A stretch of DNA of 20,000 nucleotides, from NCBI GenBank assembly GCA_010093605.1, contig MU004193.1, positions 1,608,279-1,628,278 of the forward strand. Reading direction: 5' to 3'. Under the pieces are notes generated by a model. The model saw nothing but the letters and a program-made list of their open reading frames with translations, was not told the DNA's origin and did not search any database. The number at the start of each line of letters is the position of its first letter. Positions within the stretch are counted from its first letter, which is position 1. Both the position numbers and the translations under genes were made by a program. The DNA is from Lophium mytilinum. Its lineage: Eukaryota. Shown here piece after piece: positions 1-6,858 of this stretch.

Positions 1-1533
1 CATTCGCAGCCCAATCACCTCGATTCCACCACCGTCGATACAGAACAGAGCAGTTTCATCATCGTGACATTCTCGGATGTCAACGACAAAAACAATCCTC
101 GGAATTGGTCATTTACAAAGAAAGTGTGCACTACACTCATACTCCTCTTCCCCGGTCTTGTGGGGGGATGGGCATCAGCCAACGACTCTACAATCATCCC
201 TCAGGCGCAGAAGACTTTTGGAGTCAGCACCATCACCGAATCTCTCTCGACTGGGCTCTACTTGATTGCGTTTGGTCTCGGCAGTCTGGTTGCAGGCCCG
301 TTTTCAGAATCGGCTGGCAGGATCCCCGTGTTCGTAGGCACGTCGGTCATATTTATGTTGTGTATCCTACCATCAGCTCTTGCACCCAACATAGAAACGC
401 AGCTGGCTTTTCGGTTCTTCGCCGGCTTGGTCGGTTGCACGGCAATTACAACTTTCGGCGGGTGTGTGGCGGATCTTTGGGCACCAAATGAACGGACCCT
501 CGTCTTCTCACTGGCATCCTGCATCAACTTCTGTTGCGTTTTTCTCTCGCCAGTCGTTGGTTCCTTTATTGGAGAGAGCACGACACTGAGCTGGAGATGG
601 ACGGAGTGGATCGTGCTCCTGGCCAGTGGCATTTCTACCATTCTGATTGCTCTGCTCGGATATGAGACGTACGCGCCAAAGATCCTGTCATGGAAGGCCG
701 CTATACTGCGTCACGAAACCGGCAACGATCGCTTTCGGTCAGAGAATGAACTCAAGCTAGAGCCTCTCTGGCGTCGGCTGCTGAATAGTACTTGGCGCCC
801 TTTTGATATGCTCATCCATGAGCTTTCTGTGGCGTTATTTACCGTTTACCTCATGGTGCTATTCGTTGTCTCTTTTACCTTCCTGACTGGATATACATAC
901 CTCTTCGGCGGTATCTATGGCATGTCACAAGAAATTGTGGGGCTCTGCTTTCTAGGCCTTGTCGTTGGCATCCTCTTTGCCGCCGGGTTGGCCATCCCCT
1001 TACATATCAAGTACAGCCGCGATCTTCACGCAGCAAAGGCGAAAGGCTTCGAGTCTCTTCCTCCGGAGGACCGGTTATGGTTCGCTATCATCACTGCTCC
1101 ATGCCTACCTGTCGGCTTGCTTTGGATGGCATGGACCTCCTTTTCATCCATCAGTCACTGGAGCAGTCTGGTTGGAAGCACCCTCATCGGCGTCGCCTTC
1201 CTCGGAACATTCATCTCGTCCTATCTTTACACGTTTGACGCATTCGAATCCTCGGCTGCCAGTGCGCTGTCGGTTGGGGCGGTCGTCAGGTACGTTGCTG
1301 CTGGGATCATGGTACCGGTTTCGATACCAATGTATGAGAAGTTGGGGGTACACTGGACCTTGACTCTCTTGGGTTGCATTAGCACGATTCTGACACCGGT
1401 GCCATTTGTTATGTGGAAGTATGGAGACGCAATTGGAAAGAGAAGTAGAGTGGCCAGGAAAAAAGCGCTGGCTGAGGGTCGACATGTTCAACCCAGTGAA
1501 GGACCCGCACCGGTTCCTTTGGGGTCGGTGTAA
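1..1533 (+). CDS. Major facilitator superfamily drug:H+ antiporter (DHA1/Tpo1/Flu1-like), 5'-partial
   Basis: The frame is open from base 1 (HSQPNHLDSTTVDTEQSSFIIVTF...). The ORF-track start at 64 is a GTG, so the real ATG lies upstream of the window. About 12 hydrophobic segments are present, with DHA1 motifs NPRNWS..KK, GPFSESAGRIPV (motif A-like), RFFAG, GGCVADLW, WRW, ETYAPKIL, RPF.ML, PPEDRL and DAF...AASAL. Stop TAA at 1531-1533. Confidence 0.93.
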   Translation, partial: HSQPNHLDSTTVDTEQSSFIIVTFSDVNDKNNPRNWSFTKKVCTTLILLFPGLVGGWASANDSTIIPQAQKTFGVSTITESLSTGLYLIAFGLGSLVAGPFSESAGRIPVFVGTSVIFMLCILPSALAPNIETQLAFRFFAGLVGCTAITTFGGCVADLWAPNERTLVFSLASCINFCCVFLSPVVGSFIGESTTLSWRWTEWIVLLASGISTILIALLGYETYAPKILSWKAAILRHETGNDRFRSENELKLEPLWRRLLNSTWRPFDMLIHELSVALFTVYLMVLFVVSFTFLTGYTYLFGGIYGMSQEIVGLCFLGLVVGILFAAGLAIPLHIKYSRDLHAAKAKGFESLPPEDRLWFAIITAPCLPVGLLWMAWTSFSSISHWSSLVGSTLIGVAFLGTFISSYLYTFDAFESSAASALSVGAVVRYVAAGIMVPVSIPMYEKLGVHWTLTLLGCISTILTPVPFVMWKYGDAIGKRSRVARKKALAEGRHVQPSEGPAPVPLGSV

Positions 1534-1902
1534 TTGCAGTCATCTCATGGATGGCCCTACGCAAATGGAGGCAATTGCGACCAGAATTGATGGGCTGTAA
1601 AAAACTGGACTCTCCTAAAGAGCAAACTATTATGCTTTACTGAAAGACTTATAATTCACTACACTGCTGTCACTCTGACGTGCCTGGGCTCTGAATAGGA
1701 TGTATTATCAAGTCTAGAGCTTCGTCAGAATTATCTTGACTCTCCCAAGGAAAGGTGAGGCTGAACGTAACTCTCGAATCAATCCCGCTTACGAAAACTA
1801 CGCGACGGTTGTGGGGGAATTGGGAAAGAGAGGAAGAATATCCGAGCAGGCTGTGAAAATGATGTACGCAGTTGAGGTAATGAAACATGTCGGGTACTCT
1901 AG

Positions 1903-2945
1903 TCATGTGAAGGCTATTTTTTGCAAAGCCTCATACATCTGCGTAGTTGTCATATTGTAATCCGGTTTAAAGCCATCATACACCCACATATGCTCGAAAA
2001 GTCCGAAGAGGCCGAACACCTTATCTCGCCGATCTGTACATAGCTTGTGTCGCATGCTATGAGCGACATCGAGAATGTCAGGGGCGGTACGGTGAGTTCC
2101 ACCCCAGCTCCGATCGAGCTGGTTTCCAATCTGGAGATCCAACATGTCGAGCAAAGGTTGCATGTTGACCGTCCCAAGCCCCATCTGTTCCCACTGTGGT
2201 AGGATCTCGGCGTATTTGATCATTCTAATGAACCGTCCTACCGCTACACTATCATTCGACTGCCATTTTACTTTATGTTGTCCGCAAATTAGAACTGCAG
2301 TGCCGGACCGTCCGACCTCTTGAACTACCCATATCCTCTGGAACCATGACCGGTTCATGATGTCCAAGAGGCCAGCTTGTACAACGGATGATGGATAATG
2401 TTCCCAAATCGGATGAGGCTGCGGTCGGGGCTCGTTTGCAAAGTAGCCAAGGACCTTCATACCAACAACAGTATTAGGGGTTGCTTCGCCTAGCCATACT
2501 AGAACCGATGTGGCTTGCTCATATATCAGTCCCATCATGGCAACCTGCTGATTGCGCTCTTCGATGTCGCCTTGGTTGATGCATATATAGTCAACCCAAT
2601 TAGTCCTATGAGAGTCTGGAAATCGTAAATGGCGGAGAGCAGCTTCCAGTGATTTCGTGACCGACACAGGAGTATCATCAACCAAAATGGTTGCACAATC
2701 GCCCGTTCCACCCCATACATAAGACAAAGCTTCGAATGATTTTCGTGCCGGCCCTAATGTATGGCATTTCAAGCTGCCACTTATGACATCACCATCGAAA
2801 CCGGGATGCAGATGAAATAGACGAAAGTCGCTTCTTTCACGCTCGAGGGGAGTAAAATGGACTGGGGCATCTCGCTGTTCAGGTATTTAGCGTGCGTGAA
2901 AATTTGCCGAGAGACGCATCTGATACCAGAGTGGGTACGTACCAT
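1903..2945 (-). CDS. Heterokaryon-incompatibility (HET domain, HET-6-like) protein. Predicted model: exon 1 ends at 2943, intron 2942-2875, exon 2 2874-1903; the start may instead be ATG 3107
   Basis: HET motifs FRLFHLHPG, FEALSYVWG, VTKSLEAALRHLR, WVDYICINQ.D.EERNQQV..M..IY..A, WFQRIWVVQE, CTDRRDKVFGL and PDY. The HET frame stays open past the ORF-track TTG up to 2886. The minus strand shows ATG|GTACGT (donor 2942), a GCTAA branch-like site and an ACAG| acceptor at 2875, giving a 68-bp phase-0 intron. Confidence 0.88.
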
Positions 2946-3352
2946 TGCTGCGGAAGTGGCATGACTGTTCGTTTCTTCTGAGGTAACGCGTAGCCAAAAG
3001 CCAAAGGAGATAGTGTGAACCGTGGAGATCGGCAGAAGGTGACCTAGTCCAAAGCATGGAAACGTGAATTGCCACGCTTTGACGATATGCTCGAGATACG
3101 AGAACATGTCTGGTCACTGTACAGCCTTGTGCGTATTCAGACGCTGCCCCAAATTCTATAGAGTACTCTACTGACGAGAAATTATGAAAGTATGAAATTG
3201 TGAGTGTCGAAACAACTGAAATCTAATCGCATTTGGGATGGAGTAATGTTAAGTGTAACATGAAGGCTACGAAGCAAAACTGAGCACAAAGGGGAGAGAG
3301 AGTTGGCCTACCAGGCTGCTGCCTGCCGTCTGCCAAGAAGAAGCGCAGGATC

Positions 3353-3377
3353 ATCACGCGACCGTTTAATCACGTGA
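3353..3377. promoter_or_regulatory. bHLH E-box type sites (ATCACGCGA 3353-3361, ATCACGTGA 3369-3377) in the divergent HET / secreted-protein intergenic region
   Basis: Match to the RTCACGTG motif bound by Cbf1-class bHLH factors. Function is not demonstrated. Confidence 0.35.
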
Positions 3378-3745
3378 ATTTCTTCTCACATTTCATTCGT
3401 CCTGTCAATGCTTTCTACTTGATAGGCCTTGATGCGGTGTACTGTACAGCTATCTCCCTAGAGCTCGTTGTTTGCATCGCAAGTTGATGAAATAGCTTAC
3501 TTTTTGACACCTTGGTATTATGATTCTTTTGGAACCCTCCAAAACACTACCGTGGTCTGCAATGGCACAGCTCAAATCAGAAACGGTACTGATCGTGGCA
3601 TTATAATCTTGCGGGGGGTCTTCCAAGCACTACCATGGTCCGCACCGGCACATCTCTAGTCAAAAATTGGAATCCTGATCGATGCAGAGCATTTTGTAAT
3701 ATATGAGATATGCCTTCTCACCTTTGAACTCATCTCCTTAACAGG

Positions 3746-3771
3746 ACACACACACACACACACACACACAC
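3746..3771. repeat. (AC)13 microsatellite
   Basis: Perfect 26-bp AC run ending about 73 bp upstream of ATG 3845 and downstream of a TATA-like AATATAT (~3698-3704); probably in the 5' UTR. Confidence 0.97.
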
Positions 3772-3844
3772 GAAAATTGCTACTCAAGAACATAGAGTCC
3801 TCTTCTTTTGACAAACGTAGCCACATAACCTACCACTCCTCAAC

Positions 3845-5155
3845 ATGAAGCCAACCGCCCTTCTCTTCCTCGGCCTCGTCGCCTCCCTCCCCGGCACTCT
3901 TGCTACCCCCATCCTTTCTCAGAATGGGTCTGCTAAGACTGGACGCCCGTCTACGACTCATTCTGAGCTGAAAATGGCCCATTTCCACGAGCACATTCAG
4001 CTGCATGGTACACCCACAGACGCGACAAGCCTGTTTCACATTCCAGACTTCATCGAAGACTCCTTGAAAAAGCATGGCAGGCCCAACACCACCAAATACG
4101 TTCTCGATGATATTTCTGGCTTCCTAGACAAGCTCAACCCGTCGGCTAAGCCCTCTGCCACACCTTCTCCCAACCCCTCTCCCATTCCCCACGCGCCGCT
4201 CCGCTGGGAGCTCAGCCCGCACGAGAAGATGTGCCACAACAAAGCCGCTCTCCGCATCATGCGGACCAACTGCGAAAAGTGGTACGCAAAGGTGCTGAAA
4301 GACCCGAGCTTACGCGACCGCAAAAGGAACAGAAAGCCGCAGTCGGTCCGCGATGCTGGGTGCGCCAGTAAGCACTGGGACGAGATGTCGTCATGTAATG
4401 AATATGCGGCGAAGACGTGGAAAAACTTTAACTATGACAATGATGGGATTGATAAGCGGGAGGGGTTTCAGCCGGGGTATGCTAGGGAGCAGGAGGACAG
4501 AATGAAACCGGGCCCCGAGAAAGACAAGGTGAAGAAAGCGCGGGAGGAGAAAGAGAAGGGGTGGATTCAAGATGCGAAGGATTGGAGGGAGAAGACGGGG
4601 AGGTTCAAGGTCGAGGGGAAGAGTGAAGTTAAGGATAAGGAGAAGCCTCCTGAACGCCACGGGGACAACGCCCTAGAAACGCGAGGTGACCAGCCGTGTA
4701 AATTATCAGACATCACTGACGCAGCCATGCTCCACGACCAAAGGCTTAAGTTCGGTTCGGAAGGCAACGTGCCGCCCCCCTCTACCCTCCAGAAGCGGGG
4801 CAGAAAACGTGATATCGATTGCCTCCTCTCCCACCTCATCCACCGCCAAGAACACCTTTGCGAGGACTACGAGATCTTCATGCGCAAGCACCCGCAGTAC
4901 GACCCCGGCCCCGAGAACGAGCTGCCGGGCGGAAAGTGGACCCCGGAGCGCGCGCAGCTGGACCACATCCAGTACAAAGATGGGGGCGTAGAGACCGAGT
5001 TCCCGAAGGGGTATCCGCTGCCGCCGCGTTCGAAATTGAAGAAGCCGCCGAAGGGCGGGTGGGAAGAGCCGCCGGAGGATGGGTTTTCGCACTCGCAGAG
5101 GTGTTGGGATGGGTGCTATATCGGCGGATCACCGTTGAAGAAGAAGAAGGAGTGA
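3845..5155 (+). CDS. Secreted protein of unknown function, 436 aa; candidate Kex2-processed effector precursor
   Basis: Long uninterrupted ORF with CAAC-ATG start context and an N-terminal signal peptide (MKPTALLFLGLVASLPGTLA|TP). Processing-type motifs APLR120, IDKR205, LETR280, LQKR318 and GRKR322; 9 Cys. No domain family that I recognise. Confidence 0.85.
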   Translation: MKPTALLFLGLVASLPGTLATPILSQNGSAKTGRPSTTHSELKMAHFHEHIQLHGTPTDATSLFHIPDFIEDSLKKHGRPNTTKYVLDDISGFLDKLNPSAKPSATPSPNPSPIPHAPLRWELSPHEKMCHNKAALRIMRTNCEKWYAKVLKDPSLRDRKRNRKPQSVRDAGCASKHWDEMSSCNEYAAKTWKNFNYDNDGIDKREGFQPGYAREQEDRMKPGPEKDKVKKAREEKEKGWIQDAKDWREKTGRFKVEGKSEVKDKEKPPERHGDNALETRGDQPCKLSDITDAAMLHDQRLKFGSEGNVPPPSTLQKRGRKRDIDCLLSHLIHRQEHLCEDYEIFMRKHPQYDPGPENELPGGKWTPERAQLDHIQYKDGGVETEFPKGYPLPPRSKLKKPPKGGWEEPPEDGFSHSQRCWDGCYIGGSPLKKKKE

Positions 5156-5985
5156 GTGGGGGGGTTTGAGGGGGACGGTTGGAGGCTAAATCTTAGAAGA
5201 TGTTGGGGAAATAGGCTAGATTGGAATTAGGCTTTAGGTGGGAGAAGTACTTCTTGTCGGTACCCTTTGTAGAAATTCTTATAAGTGGAAGTAGAAAATG
5301 TAGAACAATACGGCTCGTCCGACAAGACAGCTTCCACAAGTGGGTGCGTGAGGATATGGAGTGTGGGTGATGCTGGAAGAAAGCCGTCGATAGTAGAGCC
5401 TAATACTCCAGCGTATACAACGAATCGAACACTTAATATCGGGCGGTATGTTTCCCATGATTTGGTGATGCAGCGGAGGTGCTTCATGCCGATCGGGGAG
5501 CAGAAAAGTCCTCGGAATGAGATGGTCCAAACTCGACGCTTCATGTTCGCTTTGCGGATGGTTGACGCTCTGGCCTCTGCGGTGTACTGTACTGGCGGAG
5601 GTTTCTCGAGAAGCTTCACAAATGAGCGACATCTTCCAATCCATGGAGACCAAATCGGAAAACACTTTTCGTGGTGCGTTTTCAGGGTTTATGAACCTCT
5701 CTGTAGGACTTCGCAACGTTTTTGAACTTCATCGGAACTGTTCCCCCGCTATTATGATCCATCTAGTCAATCCATGGGAGTACTGGCAGCATGCGAAAAT
5801 AATGACGCTTGTTCTTTACACATTAGCACGATTGCCTCGAATTGAGGGGGCAGCGATGACGTTGTTTCAAGGCGTTCAAAACCCTCGTATTTGTCAAGTA
5901 GATGAAGCTTGTGAAACAGGATACTCAATGTCAAGAACTTGTCAAAAGAGCGGTTTCGACTTCAAATCTTACTTCTCTTCACTGT

Positions 5986-6603
5986 TCATCCAAACCAATC
6001 GTCCTGGTTGTATCGTACACCCTTCAATGAAATCCCCTCATGATGGCGGCAGCTGACCGCATCATCTTTGTGCATCCACGGCACATCTGGGAGCAAGAAG
6101 GCTTAGTAGCGGCTTACTCCCGACGTCAAAGTGAGAGGATATGGGAACTTACGAAACCCAACATACTCTGTCATCCACGTATAGTCTTTCGTCGGCTCTA
6201 CAACCTCCCAAGCCCCATTTTCCACCGTCGCACCGCTCACGACGATGTTGTAGTACTTCGTCAATCCGTACTCTGTGTCTGCCATTTTCCCGCTTGGGAC
6301 GAAGCACTCGTGTTTGATTTTTTCTGGTGGGAACTGGTCACAAAGGTTAACACTGTGACTAATGTAGTGCAAGAAATAGAGCCTGGAGGTGGGGAAAGAT
6401 GGTTTCGCGCCTACATAGAAATTGCAATCAACTTCTCCGGGGCGGCACCAATCCCCAATCACGATGCCGTTGACATGTGGCTGGACAGGCTCAACCCTCC
6501 AAGTTTTTCGTGGCCGGGCACGGTACTGCGGTGGCTTCGGCTTTTCTTCCATGGCAGAAGACGAGGCGGGAAGCTGGGATGGTGAGGTCATATCGCTGCC
6601 CAT
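5986..6603 (-). CDS. DUF427 (NTP_transf_9)-like protein, divergent; predicted exons 6603-6415, 6333-6153, 6086-5986 (156 aa)
   Basis: The spliced product reads VNGIVIGD....EVDCNFY|FPPEKIKHECFVPS....EYGLTKYYNIVVSGATVENGAWEVVEP......TEYVGF, which aligns by eye with the DUF427 pattern NG.VIA.S....VEGNHYFP.......F.PS...T.CP.KG.A.YY...V.G....AAW.Y..P......GYVAF. Intron 1 is GTAGGC...GTTAAC...CAG (6414-6334, 81 bp, in-frame, no stop). Intron 2 is GTAAGT...ACTAAG...CCCAG (6152-6087, 66 bp). Stop TGA at 5988-5986. Alternative ATGs at 6591 and 6552. Confidence 0.75.
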
Positions 6604-6660
6604 GTAACTCAATTTATCGTGAATAATGTTTGAGGGTTTGGAATAGCGGAAGTGTTAGCG

Positions 6661-6670
6661 CTCTATATAC
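6661..6670 (-). promoter_or_regulatory. TATA-like box of the DUF427-like gene
   Basis: GTATATAGAG on the minus strand about 60 bp upstream of ATG 6603. Confidence 0.4.
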
Positions 6671-6787
6671 CCATTCGGGCTTTCTTAAGAGTTGTCTGCC
6701 TGAACAATTAGCCTTGAGTATATTGCGTTGTCGTGTGGACGAAAGTTAGGGACTGCTTAGCCACCTTGAACCATTGTAATATTTCCG

Positions 6788-6797
6788 ATCACGTGAT
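6788..6797. promoter_or_regulatory. Palindromic E-box ATCACGTGAT
   Basis: Perfect 10-bp palindrome about 185 bp upstream of the DUF427-like ATG; same core as 3369-3377. Confidence 0.35.
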
Positions 6798-6858
6798 GTA
6801 AGAATTTAGAGGACAATAGATATTAATTCTATATAGGAATCTAGCTAGGCTATATATA

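Noticed and set aside
64..66. GTG as the start of the MFS gene
   Set aside because: The frame is open back to base 1 and this is a eukaryotic gene, so the true ATG is upstream of the window.
2781..3117. ORFs 2781-3107 and 2887-3117 as separate genes, or TAA 2887-2889 as a pseudogenising stop in HET
   Set aside because: The stop lies inside a well-formed 68-bp intron (2942-2875), and these ORFs overlap exon 1, the intron and the leader of the HET gene.
3845..5155. Dikaritin/ustiloxin-type RiPP precursor cluster
   Set aside because: The modules are not repeated core peptides, and no DUF3328/UstY oxidase or tyrosinase gene is visible in the window.
4036..5169. Several overlapping alternative-frame and antisense ORFs inside the secreted-protein gene
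   Set aside because: These are expected by-products of GC-rich coding sequence and have no independent support.
6040..6585. Plus-strand 181-aa ORF
   Set aside because: It is the antisense shadow of the DUF427-like gene, which has motif and splice-site support; it has no recognisable features of its own.
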